Positions 7,014-16,608 of a stretch of 42,903 nt of DNA are shown piece after piece; the stretch's first letter is position 1; every line of letters begins with the position of its first letter. Made by a program: the position numbers and the translations under genes. The stretch is from Deltaproteobacteria bacterium (lineage in GTDB: Bacteria; Desulfobacterota; Syntrophobacteria; Syntrophobacterales; Syntrophobacteraceae): the NCBI GenBank assembly GCA_012517775.1, contig JAAYUJ010000381.1, positions 1 to 42,903 on the forward strand, read 5' to 3'. The notes under the pieces were generated by a model. It was given only the letters and a program-made list of their open reading frames with translations. It made no database searches and had not been told where the DNA came from.

Positions 7014-9587
7014 TTAACCACCCTGAAGATACTTACCAGTGAGGGATTCCTCTGTCTTCGCCACTTGTTCGGGAGTGCCCTCCGCGACAACATGCCCACC
7101 GGCATCACCGCCTCCGGGTCCAAGATCGATAACATGATCCGCCGCTTTGATCACCTCAGGATGGTGTTCGACAACTATCACCGTGTGTCCCTGGGTGACG
7201 AGCTTCTGCAGCAGGCCAAGCAGCCTGTGGATGTCGTCAAGATGCAGTCCCGTCGTTGGTTCGTCCAATATGTACAATGCCCGGATAGCTGACCTGCGGC
7301 TCAATTCGGCGGCCAGCTTCACCCTTTGTGCCTCACCGCCCGAAAGATTCGATCCTGGCTGACCAAGCCGCAGATAGCCCAAACCCACCTCCAGCATGGT
7401 CTCCAAACGATGTCGTATGGAAGGGATGTTGACAAAGAGCCCATGCGCCTCCTGAACCGACATTCGAAGCACATCATCGATCGATTTTCCCTTGAATCTG
7501 ATCTCAAGAGTCTCTTCATTATACCGGGAGCCGTTACAGACCGGGCAGTGTATGAAGACATCCGGAAGAAAGAACATCTCGATTCGTTGCATCCCCTCAC
7601 CTTTGCAGGTTTCGCATCGCCCTCCCCTGCTATTGAAGGAGAATCGGCCGGCGCTGTAGCCTCTTGCTCTGGATTCGGGAAGCTGGGAAAACAATTCCCT
7701 CATGTGCGCGAAAACACCGACATAGGTTGCCGGGGTGGACCGGGGCGTTTTGCCGATGGGGGATTGATCCACAAGAACGACCCTGTGGATGTTTTCCGCG
7801 TTCAACAGTGACTTGTACGGCGCGGGCTCAGCCTGACTGCCATGCAGAATCGAGGCCATGGCCCGATACAGAGTGTGGATGACGAGAGTACTCTTACCAG
7901 AGCCAGAAACACCCGTGACGCACGTGAGACACCCAATGGGAAAATGTGCATCGATCCCTTTGAGATTGTTTCCCTTGGCACCGATGACGCTCAGGAACCC
8001 TCGAGCAGGGGTCCGCCTGGGTGCCACGGGATGCAGGGATTTCCTTCCCGAAACATAGAGGCCGGTCAAGGTATCTGACTTTTCGAGAAGATTTCCGGGT
8101 AACCCGGCAAAAACAACCTCTCCGCCATTTTCTCCCGCCCCCGGTCCCATATCGATCACATAGTCGGATTTCAGGATGGTTTGACTGTCATGTTCCACAA
8201 CGACCACGGTATTTCCCTGGTCCCGCAATCGCAGGAGGATGCGAAACAATTGGTCCAGTTCATGGGGATGGAGACCCACGCTCGGTTCATCGAGAATGTA
8301 GATGACGCCGGAGAGAGAGCCACTCAACTGCTGAGCAAGGCGCATCCTCTGAACTTCACCGCCTGAGAGAGAGCGGGCGGACCGATCCAGGGCAAGATAG
8401 GAGAGGCCCAGTTCCTTGAGGTTCTCCAACCGCTGTCGCATTAACAGGCGGGGACGTGCGGCGATGACCTCTTCGGTTTGCGACAAGCTGAGATTCTCCA
8501 ACCATTCTCCAACCAGGGGAAGAGGAAGTTTGCAAACGTCATGGATACCCAGCCCGCCAAGGCGCACACATCTGGCATTCTCGTTGAGGCGACTGCCGTT
8601 GCACTCCGGACAGAGCCGCTCCTCCGGAATAAAATCGAGAACCAACCCATCCCAACCTTCCCCTTCATCCGTAGCAGCCTGCAATTCCTCTTCGGGGCTC
8701 TGAGTTCCCAATGAATGGTTAGCCCGAGATAACGGGAGGAAGCCCAGTCCCCTGCAGCGAGGGCACATACCTGAAGGATGGCGGAATGAAAGGCCGTTCG
8801 GGGAAGGCGGAACCATGTTGCGCCCACAGGAAGGGCACCGATATGTCTCACTGTATCGCCTTTCCCTGCCGTCCAGACCCACAACGCACGCCATTCCTCC
8901 ACCAACCTTGACTGCAAGCTCCAGGGACTCGGCCATTCGCCGGCTCCTGGCCTTATCGACAACGACCCGGTCCACCACGACATCGATGGTGTATTCAGTT
9001 CGACGGGGAAACGGGGTGCTGGAGTTCAGCTCATAGGTCTTGCCCTCATGGCGGACTCGAGCGAATCCATCGCGCCGCAATTGCTTGATCACCCGCGGCA
9101 AATCCCTCTCATCGGTTTTTCCGAGTGGAGCCGTGATCAAAAGCTTCTTCCCCTCCTCCCAAACCCTAAAAACGTCTCCTACCATTTCCTGGATTGTGTA
9201 TGCCCTGACAGGCTGTTCACAGGAAGGGCAGTGAAGGCTGCCGAGTTTTGCATAAAGCAGTCGCAAGCCGTCGTGAATCTCCGTTATGGTACCCACCGTC
9301 GCGCGGGGATCAAGAGGGAGCCGCCTTTGTTCCACTGCGATGGCCGGACTCAGGCCCTGGATCTCGTCGACCTGAGGAGCATCCAGTTTCTCTACGAAAT
9401 GCCCCCCATGGACTGAAAGAGCCTCGACGAATCTTCTGTGCGCCTCCGCAAAAAGCGTATCAAAGGCCAATGAGGACTTGCCCGAGCCGCTCACACCGCT
9501 GATCACCGTCAATCGATTCCGAGGGATGTCGACATCAATGTTCTTGAGATTGTTCTGGCGAGCGCCACGAATCTGGATTGCATCCAT
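7014..9587 (-). CDS. uvrA: Excinuclease ABC subunit A homologue (short, 857 aa)
   Basis: MDAIQIRGARQNNLKNIDVDIP. There are two Walker A sites (GVSGSGKSSL; GVSGSGKSTL) and two ABC signatures (LSGGEVQRMRLA; LSGGEAQRVKLA). The Zn modules are CPSC...CPSC..CPRC, CPEC and CETC...CPVC. It is about 85 aa shorter than canonical UvrA (see findings). Confidence 0.85.
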   Translation of the reverse strand: MDAIQIRGARQNNLKNIDVDIPRNRLTVISGVSGSGKSSLAFDTLFAEAHRRFVEALSVHGGHFVEKLDAPQVDEIQGLSPAIAVEQRRLPLDPRATVGTITEIHDGLRLLYAKLGSLHCPSCEQPVRAYTIQEMVGDVFRVWEEGKKLLITAPLGKTDERDLPRVIKQLRRDGFARVRHEGKTYELNSSTPFPRRTEYTIDVVVDRVVVDKARSRRMAESLELAVKVGGGMACVVGLDGRERRYSETYRCPSCGRNMVPPSPNGLSFRHPSGMCPRCRGLGFLPLSRANHSLGTQSPEEELQAATDEGEGWDGLVLDFIPEERLCPECNGSRLNENARCVRLGGLGIHDVCKLPLPLVGEWLENLSLSQTEEVIAARPRLLMRQRLENLKELGLSYLALDRSARSLSGGEVQRMRLAQQLSGSLSGVIYILDEPSVGLHPHELDQLFRILLRLRDQGNTVVVVEHDSQTILKSDYVIDMGPGAGENGGEVVFAGLPGNLLEKSDTLTGLYVSGRKSLHPVAPRRTPARGFLSVIGAKGNNLKGIDAHFPIGCLTCVTGVSGSGKSTLVIHTLYRAMASILHGSQAEPAPYKSLLNAENIHRVVLVDQSPIGKTPRSTPATYVGVFAHMRELFSQLPESRARGYSAGRFSFNSRGGRCETCKGEGMQRIEMFFLPDVFIHCPVCNGSRYNEETLEIRFKGKSIDDVLRMSVQEAHGLFVNIPSIRHRLETMLEVGLGYLRLGQPGSNLSGGEAQRVKLAAELSRRSAIRALYILDEPTTGLHLDDIHRLLGLLQKLVTQGHTVIVVEHHPEVIKAADHVIDLGPGGGDAGGHVVAEGTPEQVAKTEESLTGKYLQGG

Positions 9588-9836
9588 AGGCTTGGGGAAG
9601 GTGAAAGGCTACCGTTTCAACACGCTGATAGTCACCATTCAGGATGTGTCCACATACTTTCACAATAGCCAGGTCGGGATTCCGATCCCGACTGCGTTTG
9701 CACCCACATGTCGGTTATGGAAACCCGACCTGCGAATCAGTCGTGATCCGAACTTACTGAGAAGGCACATGTCCTTTGTTCTTCCATCAACTCCCATTGA
9801 GACAGAAATCTGCAGATCCCTCCACCGGCTCAGTTG

Positions 9837-10880
9837 TCACCGGGGGGCGCACGCAACTTTCAGGCGATTCTCAGCTATTGCAGCGGCACAGCGGATTGCT
9901 GCGAGAAGGCTCCCTTCATGCGCCTTTCCTGTTCCCGCCAAATCATAAGCTGTTCCGTGATCCACGGATGTTCTCACGATGGGCATGCCCAGAGTGATGT
10001 TAACGGCATCCATGAAATGAACAAGCTTGATGGGAATGAGGCCCTGGTCATGGTACATGGCAATGACCGCATCGAATTCGCCCTCGTAGGCCCGATGAAA
10101 AACGGTATCGGGTGGCAGCGGACCAAGCAGATGGAACGAACTCCCCGCGAAGCTGTTTACAACAGGTCGAATTACATCGATTTCTTCATTTCCAAACCGG
10201 CCATCTTCTCCAGCATGAGGATTCAAGCCTGCCACAGCGATCCGCGGCTTTTGGATTCCAAAGTCCCTCCTGAGGGCATCGGCCGTGATGGAGATGGTCC
10301 GGGCGATCCGTTCCCTGTTGATCAGCCCAGGCACCTGCGAAATGGCGTTGTGAATCGTCACGAGGGCTACCCGAAGCCTTGGGCCGGCAAGCATCATGAC
10401 AACATCACGGGTTTGTGTCAGCTCCTGGAGAAATTCGGTGTGTCCGGGAAAGGGGAAGCTATGCCGTTGCAGGTTGGCTTTGTTTACAGGACACGTGCAA
10501 ATCGCATCAACATTCCCATCGAGGGCCAACCGCGCGGCACATTCAATGTACCGGATCACGGCGTGACACGTTTTCCCACTGGGTGTCCCGTATTCCATAT
10601 CCTCTTCCGAGAGAGGAAAAGGCGTGTACAGCATAACACTTTCGAGGGAATCATCCAGCTTGAACCTGGCAATATCCTTGACTGTTTGAAACGTTATATC
10701 CTGCTTCAGCAAATCTGATGCGCGAATCAGGGCGAGAGGGTCGCCAATCAGCAGGAGAGCACACTTACCACATCGCTCCCTGCCTGCCAGTGCCTTGACA
10801 AGGATCTCCGGTCCCACGCCGCAGGGATCTCCCATGGTCAGGGCGATTCGCGCCGTAAAACTCTCACGCGATCTCAACAT
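9837..10880 (-). CDS. pdxA: 4-hydroxythreonine-4-phosphate dehydrogenase
   Basis: 347 aa with IALTMGDPCGVGPEI near the N-terminus, plus LNPHAGEDG and the C-terminal TSVDHGTAYDLAGTG motifs typical of PdxA. Confidence 0.9.
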   Translation of the reverse strand: MLRSRESFTARIALTMGDPCGVGPEILVKALAGRERCGKCALLLIGDPLALIRASDLLKQDITFQTVKDIARFKLDDSLESVMLYTPFPLSEEDMEYGTPSGKTCHAVIRYIECAARLALDGNVDAICTCPVNKANLQRHSFPFPGHTEFLQELTQTRDVVMMLAGPRLRVALVTIHNAISQVPGLINRERIARTISITADALRRDFGIQKPRIAVAGLNPHAGEDGRFGNEEIDVIRPVVNSFAGSSFHLLGPLPPDTVFHRAYEGEFDAVIAMYHDQGLIPIKLVHFMDAVNITLGMPIVRTSVDHGTAYDLAGTGKAHEGSLLAAIRCAAAIAENRLKVACAPR

Positions 10881-10892
10881 ATAGAGAGTCTT

Positions 10893-11801
10893 TCAACTGA
10901 TTGTCAGCATCCGTTCGACAGCCCCGAGGGCTCGCACCCGAATATGTTCAGGAACCGTGATGCGCGGTTGCAGGGTCTCCAGGGAAAAGGCGACATCCTT
11001 GAGGTTTGTCCTTTTCATATCAGGACAGATCAGGAACTCGGCAGCGGGGTAGAAACGCTTTGCAGGGTTCTGCTTCCGCATGGGATGCAGAATTCCGAGC
11101 TCCGTAGCTACGATGAAGGACTCATGGCTACTCTCCATCGCATAGCGAAGCATCCCGGAAGTGCTCTTTACAAAGTCGGCCAATTCCAGCACCTCCTGTC
11201 GGCATTCCGGATGGGCAACCACCATTGCTTCAGGGTGTTCCTTCCTGGCCAGATGGATGTCTTCCGCCCTCAACCTGTGATGTATCGGGCAGTAACCATG
11301 CCAGTAGAGGACTCTCTTCCGCGTATGCCGTGCGGTATACATGGCCAGATTCTGATCCGGAGTCATGTAGACGGTCTCCGCATCTTCAAAGGATTCCACA
11401 ACTTTTATGGAATTGGCGGAAGTACAACAGACGGTGCTTTCCGCCTTTACCGCCGCAGATGAGTTGACATAGGTCACGATGGGCACCCCGGGATGCTCCC
11501 TTTTTATGGTAATTAAGTCCGCTGGCGTAATCATGTCCGCCATGGGGCAACCTGCATCGGATCGCGGTAGGATCACGATTTTGCCCGGGTTGAGAATGGC
11601 TGCAGTCTCAGCCATGAAGTGGACTCCGCAAAATATGATGACCCGGGCATCCGTTGTGGCCGCCTGCCGGCTCAATTCCAGCGAATCCCCCGTAATATCC
11701 GCTAGATCCTGAATTGCAGCCGGTTGATAGTTGTGAGCGAGAATGATCGCCTGGCGATCCTTTTTCAGTTGGAGTATGCGTTCTCTGCTGTCTTCAGCCA
11801 T
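10893..11801 (-). CDS. nadA: Quinolinate synthase A
   Basis: ILQLKKDRQAIILAHNYQPAAIQDLADITGDSLELS is a NadA hallmark. I prefer the ATG at 11801 (MAEDSRER..., 302 aa), which lies just after the lolA-like stop at 11803-11805. The track ORF start at 11846 would overlap lolA by 44 nt. Confidence 0.9.
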   Translation of the reverse strand: MAEDSRERILQLKKDRQAIILAHNYQPAAIQDLADITGDSLELSRQAATTDARVIIFCGVHFMAETAAILNPGKIVILPRSDAGCPMADMITPADLITIKREHPGVPIVTYVNSSAAVKAESTVCCTSANSIKVVESFEDAETVYMTPDQNLAMYTARHTRKRVLYWHGYCPIHHRLRAEDIHLARKEHPEAMVVAHPECRQEVLELADFVKSTSGMLRYAMESSHESFIVATELGILHPMRKQNPAKRFYPAAEFLICPDMKRTNLKDVAFSLETLQPRITVPEHIRVRALGAVERMLTIS

Positions 11802-11802
11802 T

Positions 11803-12552
11803 CTAGTTCTTTCTGCCTCCAACGAGCTTGCGTTTGAGATTTTCAATGTCAGCGGGTGTCAGCGGCTTCCCTTCCATGTCCATCACTACTGTGGAGGGTG
11901 GCACCTCCAGTTGGAAAAGCTTTTGCTCCAGGGAGGTAACCGCTACCTGGGATTCGAGGACAATCTTGTTCGTGTTCCCGAGGGCGTCATGGCTCTCGAT
12001 GGCAGAAATGCGATATGCAGGCAGATCGATCCAAAGGAAAAGCTTCTTGATCTGTGGATCCTCCTTCTTGGGGATGAGTCGCAGAACGGCTCTGGCGCTG
12101 GTGGACTGCTTCAGATCAAGAGACACCTCAAAGTTGTTCTTGAGCTCCACGACTCCGTCGAAGAAGGTCTGAGCGAGCGGAGATGCAAAGAGTGTCCTGG
12201 CATCATAGAGGGAAATCTGCCTGTCAACCGGGACATGAAGCCATGCCAGTTGCTGGTTCGCTACGAATGTCTGGGGCTCCGGCTTGTCGTATTCCCATCG
12301 CATTTGTCGCGGCTTTTCATAATAAAGTTTCCCCGAGGCCTCCGTAACCATCGAGCTTGCAGCAGCTGATGTGGTCATTTGGCGAAAAAAAGCCGTGAAA
12401 GCCTGTGTTTGCTGATAGTTCGCTTCGGTCTTCCTCAGAATCTCTCCCAGCATCAAGGTGGGTTCCCCTGCAGCATGGCTGGGATGAAACCGACTCATGC
12501 AGCACATTGCGAAAACGATCAACCCGATCGAAAAACCTGCTTTCCCCCTCAT
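11803..12552 (-). CDS. lolA: LolA-like outer-membrane lipoprotein carrier protein
   Basis: 249 aa with an N-terminal signal peptide (FSIGLIVFAMCCMS...SHA). The LolA-like stretch FTAFFRQ...ASGKLYYEKPRQMRWEY is present. It sits immediately downstream of ftsK, as in many proteobacteria. Confidence 0.75.
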   Translation of the reverse strand: MRGKAGFSIGLIVFAMCCMSRFHPSHAAGEPTLMLGEILRKTEANYQQTQAFTAFFRQMTTSAAASSMVTEASGKLYYEKPRQMRWEYDKPEPQTFVANQQLAWLHVPVDRQISLYDARTLFASPLAQTFFDGVVELKNNFEVSLDLKQSTSARAVLRLIPKKEDPQIKKLFLWIDLPAYRISAIESHDALGNTNKIVLESQVAVTSLEQKLFQLEVPPSTVVMDMEGKPLTPADIENLKRKLVGGRKN

Positions 12553-12576
12553 GGCCTTTCTGTCTCTCCTCTCAAT

Positions 12577-14862
12577 TCAGGAATCCCTCCTGCCAATGAC
12601 TTCCCTTGGCTTGATTCCGTCGGATTCACTCACAAGGCCCTGTTGTTCCATCATCTCGATCATCCTGGCAGCCCGATTGTATCCCACCCGTAAACGCCGC
12701 TGGAGCATGGAAATTGAAGCCTGTCGGGTCTCCAGTACAATCTCAACCGCTTCCTCGTATTTATCGTCCATCTCCATTTCAGACAAATCGCCTGAATTGG
12801 TTTGATCCTGGAAGTCAACCCGCTCACTGAGAGGATCTTCCACCCGCTTCTGGTTCTTCCAAAACATGGTAAGCCGCTGCACTTCGGCATCTGATATGAA
12901 TGCGCCATGGATCCTCTGCAGCTTTGCGGTACCGGGGGGAAGAAAGAGCATGTCTCCCGCCCCGAGCAGGCTTTCCGCTCCGCTGCCGTCCAGAATGGTA
13001 CGGGAGTCGATACGGGATGACACCTGAAACGAGATCCTCGTGGGTATATTGGCCTTGATGATCCCCGTGAGGACATCCACCGACGGGCGCTGGGTTGCCA
13101 GCACCAGATGCAATCCAGCTGCTCTCGCCATTTGGGCAAGACGCGTGATGGACTCCTCCACTTCCCGGGACGCCACCATCATGAGATCCGCCAGTTCATC
13201 GATGATAATAACAATATAGGGAAGATGATGATGTCTCTGCTTGTCTCCTCCGTCAACCACATCCTCAACCTTTTCGGTTTTTACTTTCTCTCTGGCAAGG
13301 ATCTTATTGTAACCCTCGATGTTCCTGGCATTCTTCTCCGCCAGAAGCTGATAGCGCAATTCCATTTCCTGGACCGCCCATCGCAGTGCACGCGTGGCCA
13401 TCTTCGGGTCTGTCACCACAGGATGGATGAGGTGTGGAATGCCCTCATACGTGCTCAGTTCTATACGTTTGGGATCGATAAGGAGAAGACGAAGCTCCTC
13501 CGGGGTGTTGCGATGCAGCAAGCTGCTGATAAGCACATTGATACAAACGGACTTCCCCGTCCCGGTGGCTCCAGCGATCAAAAGATGAGGCATCCTGGCC
13601 AGATTTGCGACAACCGGCTGACCTGTCGTGTCTTTCCCCAGTGTGAGGATCAACGGCAAAGATGCACCCGCAAAGGCCTCTGATTCGAGCACGGCGCGCA
13701 TGGGGACCAGCTCGCGATTCTTATTGGGAACTTCAATTCCAATGGCCGCCTTACCGGGAATAGGAGCAATGACCCGAATACTGATGGCCTTCAACGCCAT
13801 GGAAAGATCATCGGAGAGATTGACGATCCGGCTGATCTTGATTCCCGGAGCCGGCGCGTATTCATAGGTGGTGATCACAGGGCCGGGGGCAATGGCAACC
13901 ACCTTCCCCTCAACCCCAAAATCGGCAAGCTTTTCCTCCAGCACCCTGGCCTTTTCCTCCAGCCTTTTCCAATCAGGCTCCTCACTCCCGGTTTCATAGG
14001 CATCCAGGATATCCAGGGATGGGAGGCGGTACCCGTTCGATGAGAGCCGGGTCTCAGAAACAGGAGGCAGTTCCTTTCGAGCGGGCTTCCTCAATTGTTG
14101 AACAGGCAGAGGAATCATGTCGACGGTCTGGATGCTCCTTTTTGCCCTCTTCGATGGGCAGCCGGCCGTTGTCAGGCTGCCATTCGCCCTTTTTCCGAAA
14201 CGGATGATCGAGCGCAATACAGCAGACAACCCGCCGATACGGCTTGCCGTGGCGGGCATCACGCCCACCATCCAGTTCCAGAGAGCATTGAAGGTAAACG
14301 GTGTTGCAAGCAGGAGTGATATGAACATCAGCCCCAGCAACAATATGTGTGCCCCAGCCAAATAGAGGCGATCCGAAAGAAATCGTGAAAAGAATATCCC
14401 GATCTGCCCGCCCGTGAATATTTCCTGTCCCAGTGGATAGACTTTTGGCCAATGAAGAGAAAGCAAACTGATCGTGCTCAGGATAAGCAAGACGATCCCA
14501 CACACCTGGGAAGGCCCCTCTGAGGGAAAAGGCCGTCCACGGAACAGCGAAACACTGAGCCAGAGTCCTGTCAAAGGAATGCCATAAGCTCCGACGCCTA
14601 GCAGAAAGAAAAGACACCAGGCAATGTTGGCCCCAAAGAATCCGATCCAGTTTTGCGGAGCACGGGCGGAGCTGTTGGATGTATTGAAAAGACTGAGGTC
14701 CGACACATCATAGGAAATCAGGCTGAAGAATACGAGCAATGTGAGTGTGAGCGCACAGAGAGCCCAGATTTCATGCTTCTTGTGATTCACGAATCCCCTC
14801 GAAAGCGGTGCTTGCGGGTTGCCGGCAGGCCTTCCGGCAGCAAAGGAGCCGGGCCTTTTCAA
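12577..14862 (-). CDS. ftsK: DNA translocase FtsK
   Basis: 761 aa. It has N-terminal TM helices, a motor domain with Walker A (LLIAGATGTGKSVCIN) and Walker B (IVIIIDELADLMM), and a C-terminal gamma winged helix (ASISMLQRRLRVGYNRAARMIEMME). Confidence 0.95.
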   Translation of the reverse strand: MKRPGSFAAGRPAGNPQAPLSRGFVNHKKHEIWALCALTLTLLVFFSLISYDVSDLSLFNTSNSSARAPQNWIGFFGANIAWCLFFLLGVGAYGIPLTGLWLSVSLFRGRPFPSEGPSQVCGIVLLILSTISLLSLHWPKVYPLGQEIFTGGQIGIFFSRFLSDRLYLAGAHILLLGLMFISLLLATPFTFNALWNWMVGVMPATASRIGGLSAVLRSIIRFGKRANGSLTTAGCPSKRAKRSIQTVDMIPLPVQQLRKPARKELPPVSETRLSSNGYRLPSLDILDAYETGSEEPDWKRLEEKARVLEEKLADFGVEGKVVAIAPGPVITTYEYAPAPGIKISRIVNLSDDLSMALKAISIRVIAPIPGKAAIGIEVPNKNRELVPMRAVLESEAFAGASLPLILTLGKDTTGQPVVANLARMPHLLIAGATGTGKSVCINVLISSLLHRNTPEELRLLLIDPKRIELSTYEGIPHLIHPVVTDPKMATRALRWAVQEMELRYQLLAEKNARNIEGYNKILAREKVKTEKVEDVVDGGDKQRHHHLPYIVIIIDELADLMMVASREVEESITRLAQMARAAGLHLVLATQRPSVDVLTGIIKANIPTRISFQVSSRIDSRTILDGSGAESLLGAGDMLFLPPGTAKLQRIHGAFISDAEVQRLTMFWKNQKRVEDPLSERVDFQDQTNSGDLSEMEMDDKYEEAVEIVLETRQASISMLQRRLRVGYNRAARMIEMMEQQGLVSESDGIKPREVIGRRDS

Positions 14863-14896
14863 GAAAAGCCATCGCGCCTCTCATCCCTTTTCATTG

Positions 14897-16576
14897 TTAC
14901 AAATCCACGACAATTGGATAGATGACAGGGTGGCGGTCCAGAGTCTGTGTGAAAAAACGCTTGAGCTCCCGTCTGATTTCAGCCTGCAAAACCACCTCGT
15001 CAATCTCAAAACTCTGGCTCAAAAACCTGTCGAGGACTTCAAAGACGACACATTTGGCTTCATCGAGGATCTCGGGCTTCGTGCCCTCATGAATGAACCC
15101 CCGACTGAGTATGTCAGGCCCGCTCAAGATTTCGCGACTCTCACGATCAATGACCAGGGTGGCGATCACCAGGCCGTCTTCCGACAGGTGACGGCGGTCC
15201 CTCAAAACAAGTCCTTCCACATCCCCGACACCCTTCCCGTCCACGAGAACCCGGCCTGTCTCCACACGCCCGTCCACGGCCGCCTCATTCCTGGTGAAAC
15301 GCAGTACCGATCCGTTTTCCACCAGCAGACAATTACCCGGGCTCACCCCTGTCATTATGGCCAGCTGGCAGTGTTTCACAAGATGACGATACTCCCCGTG
15401 AATGGGAATGAAATACCTGGGACGCACCACATTGATGAGTGTTTTCAGCTCTTCCCGGCACGCATGGCCCGAAACGTGGATTTCCCTGACTTGTTCGTAG
15501 ATGACTTCTGCGCCCTGCCGGTAAAGATGATTGATGATTTTTTGAATAGTCCTTTCGTTTCCCGGTATGAACTTGGAGGACAGAATGATTGTGTCCCCCG
15601 CCTTGACCTTGAGCTTTCTATGGTCGTTGAAAGCCATCCTGCTGAGGGCACTCATGGGTTCTCCCTGAGACCCCGTCGTAAGCATCAGAACATTAGCGTC
15701 GGCAAGTCTGGGAAGCTCATGGAGAGTGGTCTCGCACTCCCTGGGGAAATCCAGATAACCCAATTCCCTTGCAATGCGCACATTCGCAACCATGGACTTT
15801 CCATTGAGGAGCACCTTGCGATTGAACTCTTTCGCAAGATGGATCACCTGTTGAATGCGATGCAGGTTGCTGGCAAAAACAGCGACCATGATTCGACCGG
15901 TACACTCTTTGAAAATATCTCGCAGAGTCACTCCGACCTTTTTTTCCGAAAGAGTGTACCCAGTCCGTTCGGCGTTGGTGGAATCGGAAAAGAGAGCCAG
16001 TACCCCTTCTTCTCCAATGGACCCAAATCGGGCCAGGTCCAATTTTCTGCCGTCGACGGGTGTCTGATCGATCTTAAAGTCTCCCGAGTGAACCAGAACA
16101 CCCACGGGAGTGTGGATAGCAAGCCCCACGCCGTCCGGAATGCTGTGGCACACCTGGATGAACTCTATCGTGAAGGGACCGATGACCAGATTCTCCCTTG
16201 GTGCCACTTGGATGAACACTGTGCGATCGAGAAGGCCATGCTCCTTGAGCTTCTCCTGGACCAGAGCCAATGTCAACGCCGTACCGTAGATGGGTATACT
16301 GAACTCCCGCAGCAGGAAAGGAATCGCTCCAATGTGATCTTCATGGCCGTGCGTGAGAACCAAAGCACGCACACGGTCCCTGTTCTTGAGCAAATAGGCG
16401 AAATCGGGAATCACAATGTCGATGCCCAGCATCTCATCCTCAGGAAACATGAGACCGGCGTCAATCAGAACAATCGTATCATCGTACTCCACCACCATCA
16501 TGTTGAGGCCGATTTCTCCACACCCTCCAAGGGGAATTACTCTCACTGCGGCATTCGGTTCCACGATTGGATTCAC
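14897..16576 (-). CDS. rnj: Ribonuclease J (metallo-beta-lactamase / beta-CASP family)
   Basis: 559 aa. VRVIPLGGCGEIGLNMMVVEYDD...LTHGHEDHIGAIPFLL carries the HxHxDH motif, and the beta-CASP region follows. Confidence 0.9.
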   Translation of the reverse strand: MNPIVEPNAAVRVIPLGGCGEIGLNMMVVEYDDTIVLIDAGLMFPEDEMLGIDIVIPDFAYLLKNRDRVRALVLTHGHEDHIGAIPFLLREFSIPIYGTALTLALVQEKLKEHGLLDRTVFIQVAPRENLVIGPFTIEFIQVCHSIPDGVGLAIHTPVGVLVHSGDFKIDQTPVDGRKLDLARFGSIGEEGVLALFSDSTNAERTGYTLSEKKVGVTLRDIFKECTGRIMVAVFASNLHRIQQVIHLAKEFNRKVLLNGKSMVANVRIARELGYLDFPRECETTLHELPRLADANVLMLTTGSQGEPMSALSRMAFNDHRKLKVKAGDTIILSSKFIPGNERTIQKIINHLYRQGAEVIYEQVREIHVSGHACREELKTLINVVRPRYFIPIHGEYRHLVKHCQLAIMTGVSPGNCLLVENGSVLRFTRNEAAVDGRVETGRVLVDGKGVGDVEGLVLRDRRHLSEDGLVIATLVIDRESREILSGPDILSRGFIHEGTKPEILDEAKCVVFEVLDRFLSQSFEIDEVVLQAEIRRELKRFFTQTLDRHPVIYPIVVDL

Positions 16577-16608
16577 CTCACAAAACCCTCTCTCTTATCT
16601 CTCTATTA

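Noticed and set aside
6816-7017. A mirror pair of 65-aa ORFs on opposite strands in the convergent rex/uvrA spacer, plus a TTCACGTGAA palindrome at about 6812-6821.
   Set aside because: Neither ORF has an SD or homology, and mirrored ORFs of equal length are typical chance events. The palindrome and the flanking CTGTCA...TGACAG arms may be a U-tract-less rex terminator. I could not support that well enough to list it as a feature.
9588-9700. A search for LexA/SOS boxes upstream of uvrA (and of ssb at 17407-17703).
   Set aside because: I found only CTGA-N10-TCAG (about 9638-9655), which has the wrong spacing for CTGT-N8-ACAG. It also does not match the GGTT...ACC-type delta motifs I remember, so there is no supportable SOS box.
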